Numbered from the stretch's first letter, positions 10,740 through 20,804 are shown. The stretch is 64,000 bases of DNA from an uncultured Candidatus Rokubacteria bacterium (GCA_963758635.1 CAVWWD010000003.1:384001-448000), one strand, 5' to 3'. The notes: generated by a model from the sequence alone, not told the origin. Made by a program: numbers and translations.

Positions 10740-11318
10740 GGTGTCCTCCTCTGGGCTCGGGGTGGTCCGTCGCGCAAGTGGCCAGCGAGCCACGCGCTCG
10801 TCAGAATAGATGACCTACAGGGTGTGCGCCAGGGCGCCGTGTCGCGCCGGTTGGGAGCACGCGCTCAGGGGACGGCAGCCCCGGATCCACGTGGCCGAGG
10901 TCTTGGGCGTCAGCGCCCGGACGGTGGTAGGGCACGTCGTTGATCGTCATCTTCTCGTCGAACCTTGATCGGCTTCTGGCAGATGGCGCACTACGGGCGA
11001 CGGACGCCGGAAGGCGACCGGGACCATGGGCAGGACCGTAGCGGCGTCTTCTGGACTGTCTGCGGGCTCCTGGAGGGCTGCTGGGGTTGCTCGGCGCGCG
11101 CGCGCTCCAGTTCGATCACGAGCGCTTCGGCCTCGGCGCGCCACTGACGCCACCGGGAGAAGAACGCGCTCACCGCGTTGGGCTGGCGCAGGTTGCCGGC
11201 CTCGGGCGCGCGAGCGAGGAGCGCGCGGAACGCGTGCACGTCCCCGAGAGTAAGCATTAGTCGATGAGGTGCATGCCTACGCCAGCGGGCCGAACGGGAC
11301 ACCCCCCCGATCCGCCAT

Positions 11319-12321
11319 CTACGTCACCGGCATGATCGGCGCCACAGTCAGAGGGCCAGGCCACTCATCGAAGCCCTCTGCTCGACATGTGGCCAGGAGG
11401 GCCATGAGGTGCTCTCCGAGATCGACCGCGACGAATTCGCGAAGGTCACGGAGGGCGTATCGTCCAAGCCGATCCACGTTGTCCGCCTTCAGATGGGCCA
11501 GGAGCCGTATGTTGCGCTCCATCAGGCGTTTCAAGTTGACCTCGCGAGGGGGACGGTCGCGTTTGTCGAGGTTGCATGGTCCGCACGCCAGCACCAGGTT
11601 CCAGACCCTGTCCTCTGCCACGAAGGCCCAGGGAATCACATGGTCGATGTGGAGTTCGTCGGGGGCGGCACCGCAGTAGAAGCACACACGCGTCTCGAGG
11701 GGCTCGAGCGTTGAGCGGTACCTCTCCTGCCGACGCGTCAGGCGGCGACCGGCGATTCTCGTGGAGGCGGGGAGCGGCGCTGAACTGCTCCGTGAAGCGC
11801 ACCCAGGCCCCGATCGCGAGCGGCTCCAGGACCCGGTGGTAGTCGGCGAGGAACGCTCGTGCGCCCTCTGTCAGGCGAACGCCGTTGGTCTCGACCTCAT
11901 ATAGCGCGGGTCGAATTTGCTGTCGGAGCACCGTATGAAAGCGAGGGATGACCTCGTCGAAGCACCCACCCGGGCGGCAGCAGGCGAGGAGCAGCTGCTG
12001 ATAGCGTTGCGGTTCAGACTCGATATACCCCTCGAGGGTGGCGCGGGCGGGACGCCCGAGTGCGTTCATCTCCTCGCGGAGGAGGCGCATGATCACCGGG
12101 TCGCGCCTTGGATCGGTTGCTTGCCGTACCCGGAACGTCACCGCGAGAGGCCGGTAGTACCGTATGAACGACTGAGCCAGGGTCCTGAGCGGCATCACGT
12201 CCTCGGCGGAACCATGAGGGCCGTAGGCTGCGAGAGCCCGCAGCAGGGCAAACTTGTACGAGTTCGTGTTCAAGCCATGCGTGAGAATTGCGAGGACGCT
12301 CTCGAGGAACGCGGGCGGCAT
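11319..12321 (-). CDS. HNH endonuclease (frameshifted)
   Basis: N-terminal TNSYKFALLRAL; C-terminal CFYCG..HIDHVIPW...NLVLACGPCNLDK. Confidence 0.85.
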
Positions 12322-12365
12322 CCGTTTGGTGGCCCCTTCCCGGAATGGCCGCGTCTGCCGACAAC

Positions 12366-12881
12366 CTACTGGAGAATCGAGCAGGTGCCGTGAAACTGGG
12401 ACGAAAACGGGAGGCCGCTGGACCTCCCCTGCGCGCCCGTGCAGCGCTCGATGACCGGCACGATGACGCGCGGCCAGCCTGCCCACGTGCGCAGCTCGAC
12501 GTGCGAGCCCGCGCCCTTGGGGTGCGCCGTCACGATGAATTCCATTGCGTTGTTCATGCTGCCCCGCGCGATGAGCACGGCGGCGCCGCCCTCGTGGGCT
12601 TCCCGCTGCGTGCGCAGGTTGGCCTTGGGGTTGAACATCGCCAGGCCGCTCTCGCGGTCGAGCTGGATCTGCAGGCAGTCCAGCACGGCGGTGGGCGCGG
12701 CAGCGGCGCTCCAGGTGCGGACCGGCTCGCGCTCGCGCATCGCCGTGAGGCTCGGGGCGCAGCTCGTGGCCGCCAGCGCGGTGAGCCCGACGACGAGCAG
12801 GCGCGCGATGCGGCCGGTGATGGGTTCGGGGTTCCTGAGGCGGGTGCCGAACCAAGGCGGGCGCGTCGTCGGCATGGGCAT
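12366..12881 (-). CDS. Putative lipoprotein
   Basis: Hydrophobic stretch ending LAATSC. Confidence 0.5.
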   Translation of the reverse strand: MPMPTTRPPWFGTRLRNPEPITGRIARLLVVGLTALAATSCAPSLTAMREREPVRTWSAAAAPTAVLDCLQIQLDRESGLAMFNPKANLRTQREAHEGGAAVLIARGSMNNAMEFIVTAHPKGAGSHVELRTWAGWPRVIVPVIERCTGAQGRSSGLPFSSQFHGTCSILQ

Positions 12882-13171
12882 GGTGGCTGCGTCCCCCTCG
12901 CCGCGCAGGTAGGTCACCTGGGGCGCCGCCTCGCCGCAGACCAGGCACATCACGTCCGGGAGCGGTATCGTCACGCGGTGCTGGGGGATCAGTTCACCTT
13001 GGCGGGCAGGTGCCCCGTCGCGACGAGCGCGCGGATGCGGGCCAGCAGCGCACGATGATCCATCGCGACCTATTCCGGCACCCGCGCGTAGCCCTGGCGA
13101 ACGTAGTCGTCGACGCAGCGGAACTGAATTTCCTTGGCGGCCTGGTTCGTCAGTCCCGGGAACTGCCGCGC

Positions 13172-13567
13172 CTACATGCTGTCCCGGTAGCTCGGATCTA
13201 GAGCCCACATCGCCACCCATTCGTTACGGCGGTTCCACTCATATTGCTCTCGAAATGCGATTAGGAAGTGCGACTCTAAGAACCCGGCTTCGGCGCTGTC
13301 ATTCGTCTCGATACAGCGAAACCATACTTTTACCTTCAGGAGCTGCACCTCTTCGTTATGGCTCCGACTGAAATGTTGCGCAAGCCGATCCCTCAGACTT
13401 TGGTCTGCGGCCTTGCCGATGTATTTCGGAACGAATCCTCCCTTCTTCGGATTGAAGAAGCCCAGCTCGTAGATCCCGGGGGACGCAGGCGCCTTCTCAG
13501 AGAAGCACAACCGCTGCGGTGGAGTTGCGTCCTTCCAGTCCAAATCCTTGAGCGCTTTGGTTCGCAT
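13172..13567 (-). CDS. GIY-YIG nuclease-family protein
   Basis: PGIYE...KYIGKA..SLRDRLAQH...LE; GGAGG RBS; visibly more AT-rich. Confidence 0.85.
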   Translation of the reverse strand: MRTKALKDLDWKDATPPQRLCFSEKAPASPGIYELGFFNPKKGGFVPKYIGKAADQSLRDRLAQHFSRSHNEEVQLLKVKVWFRCIETNDSAEAGFLESHFLIAFREQYEWNRRNEWVAMWALDPSYRDSM

Positions 13568-13689
13568 GTATCTGTCCGCCTCCCTAACGTGCGCGGGTTG
13601 CTCCCAGTGGCCCCATTTACAGCCGGCAAGCTCCGGTCGGCGCCAACCATAGGAGGCACAGCCGGCGTAGGTCAAGCCTTGCGGGACTG

Positions 13690-14082
13690 TCAGCATTGCG
13701 TCGCGACCACGAAGCAGCGCGCCCGGGGAATAGGGACGCCAATGGAACCGCAGGCCATGCCCGACGCGACGTGGGCGAGTTCGTGAGCAATGACCCACGA
13801 CACGGCGTCGTCGGGCAACCGATCGAGCCACGCGGGATAGAGCGTGACGGTCCACACCTGTTCCTGGTGGCCCTCGAGCACCGACAGGCGCGCAGCCATG
13901 AGCTCCTCGTCAGCGTAGGCAGAGCCATATCCTCGGCTTGGCCTGTCTGAGAGTTCGACGGAGACGGCCCGGTATTCGTCCCACCTCTCCGGCAGCCGAG
14001 GAAGTACCGCGGCCAGCAGGTCCTTGTAGCGCCCGCCCGGGAGTCCGGCGGTCGTGCACTCGATCGAGGCCTGGTCACTCAT
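13690..14082 (-). CDS. HExxH zinc metallopeptidase-like protein
   Basis: VIAHELAHV motif; overlaps HTH gene stop. Confidence 0.7.
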   Translation of the reverse strand: MSDQASIECTTAGLPGGRYKDLLAAVLPRLPERWDEYRAVSVELSDRPSRGYGSAYADEELMAARLSVLEGHQEQVWTVTLYPAWLDRLPDDAVSWVIAHELAHVASGMACGSIGVPIPRARCFVVATQC

Positions 14083-14266
14083 CGCCCTGCTTCACCAGGT
14101 CCTCGACCGTCACGCCGAGGGCGCGCGCGATGCGGAGCGCGATCTGCACGTCGATGGACTGGCGCAGGCCGGCCTCGAGCTGGCCGATCATGCTGGGGTT
14201 CACCTTCGCGCGCGTGGCCAAGTCCCGCTGGCTCCACCCCTGCCGCGCCCGCAACCGGCGGATCAA
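14075..14266 (-). CDS. XRE-family HTH regulator
   Basis: IRRLRARQGWSQRDLATRAKVNPSMIGQLEAG...IARALGVTVEDL. Confidence 0.9.
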   Translation of the reverse strand: MIRRLRARQGWSQRDLATRAKVNPSMIGQLEAGLRQSIDVQIALRIARALGVTVEDLVKQGDE

Positions 14267-14525
14267 GGGGCGTCCTCGCCCGACGCCACCATCGCGAGCA
14301 GCAGCCGCCGCACGATGCTCGGGAGCAATGCAGCGACCACCACGGGCGGATACTCGGCGAACCGCTCAATGAGCGGGACGGCCGCCCGATGCACGATGTG
14401 ATCGAGCGCGTCGTCGGACACGGGGGCGCCGCCGGCCGCTTGGAGCCGCAGCGCCTCGCGCGTCTCGCGCACGGCCGTGCGCGCGCCAACCGGCCCAGCT
14501 CGCGCGCCTCGGATGCTTCGGTCAT
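14263..14525 (-). CDS. Small hypothetical protein (start uncertain)
   Basis: ORF whose stop overlaps the HTH start. Confidence 0.4.
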
Positions 14526-14574
14526 GCCCGGCCCCCTGCACCTCGGGAAGACGGCGCCAGGGGGACATCCGGCG

Positions 14575-15060
14575 TCACTTGACTTGGCGCAGCCGCACCC
14601 GCGCCGCCCCGCGGCCGTCGAGGAGCCACAGGAGCGGCCCCTCGTGGCGATATCTGGTCGTCTCGTTCAGGGCGACTTGGAGGAGCCTCCACTGGCGCAT
14701 GTACTCCTCGGGGCAGCCTCTCGCCGTCCACGGTCCTCCGTCGATCTTGAGGGCCTGCCCGCCAGGGGCCGAGATCGACGCCATCATGTTGTTGCAGGCC
14801 TCGACGAGAATTCCGCCCGTGGGCGGGAAGCTCACGAGCGGGTATCCCGGGGGCGGCAGGAAGCGCTCGCCGCCCAGCGCCGGCCGCCCGTCGATTTCCT
14901 CGATGACCCACTTGGTGCCGCTGAGGGCGAACGTCCCGGTGACCGGAGGCCGCTCGTAGGGGCTGCGCGCTTGCGCGGGCGCAGGTCTGGGCGTCGCGCC
15001 GACGCAGGCGCCCGCGAGCATTAGGGCGAACGCGACGACGCGAAGGCGTCCGCCGCTCAT
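14575..15060 (-). CDS. META-domain (HslJ-like) exported protein
   Basis: Signal peptide; LSGTKWVIEEIDG, ACNNM, TARGCP motifs. Confidence 0.75.
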   Translation of the reverse strand: MSGGRLRVVAFALMLAGACVGATPRPAPAQARSPYERPPVTGTFALSGTKWVIEEIDGRPALGGERFLPPPGYPLVSFPPTGGILVEACNNMMASISAPGGQALKIDGGPWTARGCPEEYMRQWRLLQVALNETTRYRHEGPLLWLLDGRGAARVRLRQVK

Positions 15061-15266
15061 GCCGCCTCGCCGACGATTGGCACCAGCCTCGCCGTCTCAC
15101 CGGCTAGCTCGGGCAGGAGCAGCCACTCCTGCCGGTGCCCGCAGTGATTCACCGCCGAGGCTTCCGCGAACAGACGCCAGGCGTACATGGGGAGATGCTC
15201 GAGGCGCGGATGGTGGATCGGCACGTCGGCGCCGCAGCGGGGGCAGGGCGGGACGCGGTCAGGCAC
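15057..15266 (-). CDS. Small Cys/His protein, copy 1
   Basis: CPRC...NHCGH...GEAA*; close paralog at 18624-18833. Confidence 0.75.
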   Translation of the reverse strand: MPDRVPPCPRCGADVPIHHPRLEHLPMYAWRLFAEASAVNHCGHRQEWLLLPELAGETARLVPIVGEAA

Positions 15267-15272
15267 GGAGGG

Positions 15273-16253
15273 TTACTCGATCACCTGGTCTGCTCGGGCG
15301 AGCACCGACGGCGGGATCGTCAGGCCGAGCGCCTTGGCGGTCTTGAGATTGATCACCAGCTCGAACTTGGTCGGCTGCTCCACGGGGAGATCGCCCGGCT
15401 TGGCCCCTTTGAGAATTCGGTCGACGTAGCCAGCCGCGCGGCGATACAAATCGTCGAAATTCGTCCCGTAAGACATGAGGCCGCCAACCTTCACATTCTC
15501 CCCCACTGCCCAGATTGTCGGAAGGCGGCCTTTGATCGCGAACTCGGCGATCCGTCTCCGGTGAGTACCGAGCATCAGGTCCCCAAATACGATCAAGGCT
15601 TCGGGCCGCTCATTTCTCATCACGGCAAAGGCACGGTCGAGATCGTCGGGTCCTGTGGCCTCCAGAGCGCGAAGTGTCACGCCCAGAGCTGGAGCGACCG
15701 CCTGGATCTCTTTCAACTGGAGCGGATTCGTGGGGTTGTCAGGATTCAACAGGACAGCGACACGCGAGGCCGTGGGCACGACTTCCTTCAGGAGTTCGAC
15801 CCGTTTGGTCACCACACCCAGGTTGAAGTCTGATAGCCCTGTGATGTTGCCGCCCGGCCGAGCGAGATTTGTAACCAACCCCGTCCCGACAGGATCGGCG
15901 GCATTTCCGATAACGATGGGGATCACAGTCGTAGCATTCTTCGCAGCGTGGGCGGCGTTCGCGCCTACCGCGACCAAAATGTCGACTCTGAGACGGACCA
16001 GCTCGGTGGCAAGATTGGACAACCGTTCAAATCGTCCGTCAGCATAGCGATACTCGATTATGATGCTTTTCCCGGACACATACCCGAGTTCGCGCAGCGC
16101 TTGCTCGAAAGCAACTACACGGCCCTTGATAACCTCAGCCGCCGGGGTCGCCAGAAACCCTATTCGCGGGATCTTCTTCGCAGGCTGCGCCTCGGCGCCG
16201 CGCGGCGCGGCGAGCAGGCCGAGGGCGCCCAGGAAGGCGCGCCGGTCAAGCAT
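15273..16253 (-). CDS. ABC substrate-binding protein (ABC_sub_bind/PF04392-like), paralog 1
   Basis: MLDRRAFLG; ARPGGNITG; GGLMSYG; LPVEQPTKFELVINLKTAKALGLTIPPS. Confidence 0.9.
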   Translation of the reverse strand: MLDRRAFLGALGLLAAPRGAEAQPAKKIPRIGFLATPAAEVIKGRVVAFEQALRELGYVSGKSIIIEYRYADGRFERLSNLATELVRLRVDILVAVGANAAHAAKNATTVIPIVIGNAADPVGTGLVTNLARPGGNITGLSDFNLGVVTKRVELLKEVVPTASRVAVLLNPDNPTNPLQLKEIQAVAPALGVTLRALEATGPDDLDRAFAVMRNERPEALIVFGDLMLGTHRRRIAEFAIKGRLPTIWAVGENVKVGGLMSYGTNFDDLYRRAAGYVDRILKGAKPGDLPVEQPTKFELVINLKTAKALGLTIPPSVLARADQVIE

Positions 16254-16563
16254 CGCGGGCCACCTGCCGCGCCATCGTGGCCGCCGTGGACGCGGCACGG
16301 ATGTCCTTGTGCGTGATCCGGAACACGGGCACACCCTGTTCGTCACGCACCCACTGCGCGATGGCGAAGTTGCGCGGGTCCGCGTACCGCGTGAGCTGCA
16401 GGTCGTACCCCTGGCGCGCCATGCCCGTCTCGAGGTCGCCGATGGCGCGCCACGTGTCGAGCCAGCCGTGCAGCGCACGGACGCCCGGATGATCAGGTAG
16501 CGGCATGGTGGCGGCTTCGACGGTGAGCCAGAGCAGGCGCGCGCGAGGGTTGAGCATCGTCAC
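16246..16563 (-). CDS. Small hypothetical protein, apparently chimeric
   Basis: Overlaps SBP genes on both sides; C-terminal part homologous to 17552-17704. Confidence 0.6.
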   Translation of the reverse strand: MTMLNPRARLLWLTVEAATMPLPDHPGVRALHGWLDTWRAIGDLETGMARQGYDLQLTRYADPRNFAIAQWVRDEQGVPVFRITHKDIRAASTAATMARQVARDA

Positions 16564-17555
16564 TCGATCACGTGGTCGGCCCGCGCCAGCAGCGACGGCG
16601 GGATCGTCAGGCCGAGGGCGCGGGCTGCCTTGAGGTTGATGATCAGCTCGAACTTCGTCGGTTGCTCGATCGGCAGGTCGGCAGGCTTGGCGCCCTTCAG
16701 GATTTTGTCGACGTAAGCCGCGACGCGCCGATAGATCTCGACGAGATCCGCGCTATAGGAGATCAGCCCGCCTGCCTCGACGAAGAGCCGGAGGACATAC
16801 ATGGTGGGGAGCCGGCTCTTTGCAGCAAGCTCCGCGATTCGCCCAGCGTGCCTGTCGAAGAACCCGCCCGCGAGCACGAGGAGAGCGCCGGCGCGCGCGC
16901 CAGTCGCCGCCTTGAGCGCCCGCTCGATCTCGCCGGCATCTCGAATCTCGAGCGAGAGCAGCTTCCACCCCCGCTCCCTGGCAGCGGCCTCGGCCGCCTG
17001 CCAAGTCAGGAGGTTGGTTCGATGCCAGAGGACCGCCACTGTCGCCGCACCCGGGACGAGCTCCTTGAGCAGCTCGAGCCGCTTCCCGGTGATCTCTATC
17101 GACTGAAGGCTCAGCCCCGTGAAGTTCCCGCCCGGTCGTCCGAGGCTCTGGACAACCCCCTGGCCCACGGGGTCGCTGGCGCCCGCCATGACCACGGGGA
17201 TCGTCGAGGTTGCCTGCTTCAGCGCGCGCAGCATAGGCGATCCGGCGACGATCACGTCTACAGGGAGACGGACCACCTCGGCCGCGAGGCTGGGGAAGCG
17301 CTCCGGCTTGCCCTCGCCCCCGCGAGGCTCGGTCACGAAATGGGCGCCATACACGTAGCCAAGCTCGCGCAAGCCGCGCAGGAGCGCGTTGACCAACGGG
17401 GACTGGGGCTGGGGCCCGACCATTTCGGAGGTCATGGAAGTAGGACTCAGGATCCCGATCCGATAGACCTTGCGCGCGGGCTGGGCGAGGGCGGCGCAGG
17501 GCACCGCGAGGGTCGCGAGGGCGAGGGCGCCGAGGAAGGCGCGCCGGTCCATCAT
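16560..17555 (-). CDS. ABC substrate-binding protein, paralog 2
   Basis: Same family motifs, intact 331 aa. Confidence 0.9.
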   Translation of the reverse strand: MMDRRAFLGALALATLAVPCAALAQPARKVYRIGILSPTSMTSEMVGPQPQSPLVNALLRGLRELGYVYGAHFVTEPRGGEGKPERFPSLAAEVVRLPVDVIVAGSPMLRALKQATSTIPVVMAGASDPVGQGVVQSLGRPGGNFTGLSLQSIEITGKRLELLKELVPGAATVAVLWHRTNLLTWQAAEAAARERGWKLLSLEIRDAGEIERALKAATGARAGALLVLAGGFFDRHAGRIAELAAKSRLPTMYVLRLFVEAGGLISYSADLVEIYRRVAAYVDKILKGAKPADLPIEQPTKFELIINLKAARALGLTIPPSLLARADHVIE

Positions 17556-17704
17556 CGCGTGCCGTCCTGGAGCTTCCGCGCGAGCGTCGCGGCGATCGTG
17601 GCGGCCTTGATGCCCTGCTTCGCGATCCGGTAGACGGGCTCGCCAGCTTCGTCGCGGACCCAGGCGAGGACGGCGAAGTCGTGTAGGTCGAGCTGGAGGA
17701 TCAC
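17552..17704 (-). CDS. Small hypothetical protein (FAVLAWVRDEAGEPVYRI)
   Basis: 50-aa ORF with overlapping start and stop codons at both ends. Confidence 0.55.
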   Translation of the reverse strand: MILQLDLHDFAVLAWVRDEAGEPVYRIAKQGIKAATIAATLARKLQDGTR

Positions 17705-17904
17705 GGGCGCGCGCTCCGCTTTTTGCGACGGCGCCTCGGGTGCAGGCTGTCCACCAACTCTAGCAGGGCCACGGCGGCCTGGCGGAGCGCCTCGATCCGG
17801 CGCCACCGACTCAGCTCCGCTCGGCAGCGGGAGCTGCACGCCGCGGTCCGGCCCTCGGGCATCGGCTTGCCGCACACGCCGCATGGCTGGCGGGAGCCTA
17901 GCAC
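17701..17904 (-). CDS. C4 zinc-ribbon small protein
   Basis: CGVCGKP...ACSSRCR, basic C-terminus. Confidence 0.55.
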   Translation of the reverse strand: MLGSRQPCGVCGKPMPEGRTAACSSRCRAELSRWRRIEALRQAAVALLELVDSLHPRRRRKKRSARP

Positions 17905-17972
17905 GGGGCGCTGTAGCCCGCACGTGCGGGGTCAGGGTGCGTCTCAAGCGATGAGATGGGGGTCGGCATAGG

Positions 17973-18362
17973 TCAGGCGGTGCTCTTCGCTGGAGGGCGC
18001 CCAGCGGCTTCGGGCGTCGGGTCGTCCACGGGCAGCCACGCGGCGGCAGCGGGCTCGGGAGGGGCGGGGCCGCGGCTCGGTCCTGAGGCGACGGCTTGGT
18101 CAAGAAGTGGATGGACAGACGTGTACACGTTCGGCCAACGCGTAGTTCCGTCCTCAACAATCAGGTACTCGATCACCACGGTTCCGGCGATTCCTTGCCT
18201 TCGGGCCTCGAGCGGATAATCCGGATTCGGGGCGTGGACGAAGCGGGGGACGCCTTGCGGGACGGAGGGGAGTGGCTGCTGGGTCGCCGGCTGCTGGGTC
18301 GCCGCGCATCCGGCAAGTCCGAAGATGACCAGGGTAACCAGCAGCCGCGTAACCGCGGTCAC
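17973..18362 (-). CDS. Lipoprotein with TonB C-terminal-like domain (appears truncated)
   Basis: LAGC lipobox; PDYPLEARRQGIAGTVVIEYLI..DG. Confidence 0.7.
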   Translation of the reverse strand: MTAVTRLLVTLVIFGLAGCAATQQPATQQPLPSVPQGVPRFVHAPNPDYPLEARRQGIAGTVVIEYLIVEDGTTRWPNVYTSVHPLLDQAVASGPSRGPAPPEPAAAAWLPVDDPTPEAAGRPPAKSTA

Positions 18363-18448
18363 GCCGCCTCCCCCACGATCAGCACCAGCCGCGCCGTCTC
18401 GCGGTCGAAGGGGAGAAGGACCCATGTCTGCCTGTGGCCGCACCAGTT
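18359..18448 (-). pseudogene. 3' fragment of small Cys/His protein, copy 3
   Basis: Translates to NWCGHRQTWVLLPFDRETARLVLIVGEAA*. Confidence 0.75.
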
Positions 18449-18468
18449 CCTCCCGCGAGGGGGCCCCA

Positions 18469-18624
18469 TCACGGCGCGCCCTGGCCGCACCTGATCCGCG
18501 CGCACTCTTGCGCACGCTCCCGTTCGCGCTCGGCCCAGGTCCGCTCGATCAGTTCGCGCTGTTCGGGCGTGATGGAGCAGGCCACTAGCATGAGGATCGC
18601 GAGGAGCAGCGCGGCCACGGCCAT
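18469..18624 (-). CDS. Small lipoprotein
   Basis: MAVAALLLAILMLVAC lipobox, 51 aa, TGATG overlap with upstream gene. Confidence 0.6.
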   Translation of the reverse strand: MAVAALLLAILMLVACSITPEQRELIERTWAERERERAQECARIRCGQGAP

Positions 18625-18833
18625 CACGCCGCCTCGCCCAGGATCGGCACCAGCCGTGCCGTCACGCCATCGCGCGTCGGGAGCAGCACGTACTCCTGCC
18701 GGTGGCCGCAGTGATTCACGGCCGAGGCTTCCGCGAACAGGCGCCAGCCGTACCTGGGGAGGTGCTCGAGGCGCGGGTGGTGGACGGGCACCTCGGCGCT
18801 GCAGCGCGGGCAGGGCGGGACGCGGTCAGGCAC
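18624..18833 (-). CDS. Small Cys/His protein, copy 2
   Basis: Paralog of 15057-15266. Confidence 0.75.
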   Translation of the reverse strand: MPDRVPPCPRCSAEVPVHHPRLEHLPRYGWRLFAEASAVNHCGHRQEYVLLPTRDGVTARLVPILGEAA

Positions 18834-18840
18834 GGGAGGA

Positions 18841-19836
18841 TTACTCGATCACCTGGTCGGCCCGCTGGAGCAGTGCCGGCGGGATCGTGAGGCCGAGCGC
18901 CTTGGCAGTCTTGAGGTTGACCACCAGCTCGAACTTCGTCGGCTGCTCCACGGGCAGGTCGCCAGGCTTGGCGCCCTTCAGAATCTTGTCGACGAACATA
19001 GAGAGGCGCTGCGGCATCTCTCGCTCATCTTCGCCGTACGCCATGAGTCCTCCCTCGAAGGCAAAAGCCCCGAGCATGTACATCGCCGGCAGTCGGTGCC
19101 GGGCCGCAAGGTCCAGGATCTGTCTCCGGTGAATCCAGGTGACGGGCTGGTATGGCACTAAGAGCGCTCCGAAGCCGTCCCCGAGGAGGGCCTTGATAGC
19201 TCTGTCGATGTCGTCCGGGCCCTGCACCGGCCACGAACGGAAGATCAGGCCCAACGCCTTGGCCCCGGCCTCCAATGCGGTCTGGTGACTGGTCACGGGG
19301 GGGGCGATGGCTGAGGGGGCGGCCCGGTTGAGGCCCGCCACTTTGGTGACGGTCGGTGCGACCTGTTTCAGCAGCTGCAGTCGCTTCCCCATGATCTCCG
19401 GGTCCTGATCGTCGGAGAGCCCCGTGACGTTACCGCCGGGTCGGGCAAGGCTGGCCACGACTCCGATGCCGACCGGATCGGTGATGCCCCACATCACGAT
19501 GGGAATCGTGGTCGTCGCCCGCTTGGCGGCCGCTGTCACTGGCCCCCCGCGTGTCATGAGGAGATCTGGCTTGAGGCGCATCAGCTCGGTGACCAACTGC
19601 GGAGCCCTCTCGTACTGTCCTTCCACGTAACGCCATTCGACGACAACGTTTTGGCCTTCGACCCATCCACGCTCACGGAGGCGCTCGCGCAAAGCGGCCT
19701 GAAGGAGCCGCTCCTGGTCGGGTCCTCCCGAGCTGAGGACAGCGATGCGGTACACCTTCCCCGTCGGCTGCGCCTCGGCGGCGCGCGGCGCGGCGAGGAG
19801 GGCGAGGGCGCCGAGGAAGGCGCGCCGGTCGATCAC
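18841..19836 (-). CDS. ABC substrate-binding protein, paralog 3
   Basis: GTG-IDRRAFLG start, same conserved C-terminus. Confidence 0.9.
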   Translation of the reverse strand: MIDRRAFLGALALLAAPRAAEAQPTGKVYRIAVLSSGGPDQERLLQAALRERLRERGWVEGQNVVVEWRYVEGQYERAPQLVTELMRLKPDLLMTRGGPVTAAAKRATTTIPIVMWGITDPVGIGVVASLARPGGNVTGLSDDQDPEIMGKRLQLLKQVAPTVTKVAGLNRAAPSAIAPPVTSHQTALEAGAKALGLIFRSWPVQGPDDIDRAIKALLGDGFGALLVPYQPVTWIHRRQILDLAARHRLPAMYMLGAFAFEGGLMAYGEDEREMPQRLSMFVDKILKGAKPGDLPVEQPTKFELVVNLKTAKALGLTIPPALLQRADQVIE

Positions 19837-20804
19837 TCGATCACCTGGTCCGCCCGCGCCAGCAGCGACGGCGGGATCGTCAGGCCGAGCGCCTTGGCGG
19901 TCTTGCAGGTTGATGACCAGCTCGAACCTGGTGGGCTGCTCCACGGGGAGGTCGCCGGCTTCGCGCCCTTGAGGATCTTGTCGACGTACATGGCGGCGAG
20001 GTGATTGAGGTCCGCCGAGACGGGCCCGTAAGCCATCAAGCCCCCGGCTCGCGAAATCTCTCCCCATTCGTACACCGCAGGAACCCGTAGCTTGGCCGTC
20101 GCCTGGATGATCAGCGCGTGCTCGCGAAAGAAACGCGGCCACGACGGGACAAGGACGGCACTCGACCGGCGCCTTACGCATGCCCGCAAACGCCGGACCG
20201 TACTCGTGCGGTGCCAGGCACATCCTGATAACGAGGTGCAATTCGATGACGCTCCGCGACTAGCTCGCAGGTGGGATGGCTCCGACTCGCGACCTGGATT
20301 GAGCACACCGACCTCGCGGAGCCTTCGGCACCGCCTGCAGGAGCAGTTCGAGTCGCTTGGCGTCAAGTTCGGTGGCGAACATGTAGCATCCCGGTGACAT
20401 TGCCCCCCGGCCGCGTGAAACTCGCCACGACGCCGGATTCGATGATGTGCTCGCCGCCCCAAAACGCCATGACGACGGGGATCGTCGCGGTCGCCCGCTT
20501 TGCCGCGACAATCGCGGCGTGGACTCACTGCGACGATGATGTCGACCCGGCTTCGGACCAGTTCAGCGGCGAGTTCTGGCAGCCGGTCGAGATCGTCCTC
20601 GGCCGAACGGATCTCGATCTCACGGTCTGCCCGTCGACGTAGCCGAGGTCGCGCAACCCTGCGAACCAGACGGTGCCCTTGGGATCTGAGTCGGCGGGAG
20701 GTCGAGAAGCCGATGCGGAACACCTTCCCCGCCTGCTGCGCCTCGGCGCCGAGCGGCGCGGCGAGGAGCGCGAGGGTGCCGAGGAAGGCGCGGCGGTCCA
20801 TCAC
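19833..20804 (-). pseudogene. ABC substrate-binding protein, paralog 4 (several frameshifts)
   Basis: Family motifs spread across frames. Confidence 0.75.

Noticed and set aside
11319..12321. Cas9/IscB-like nuclease
   Set aside because: No RuvC motifs seen, short, no array
12890..12990. LVCGEAA before a lipoprotein as a fourth anchor copy
   Set aside because: Similarity too short and no stop after GEAA
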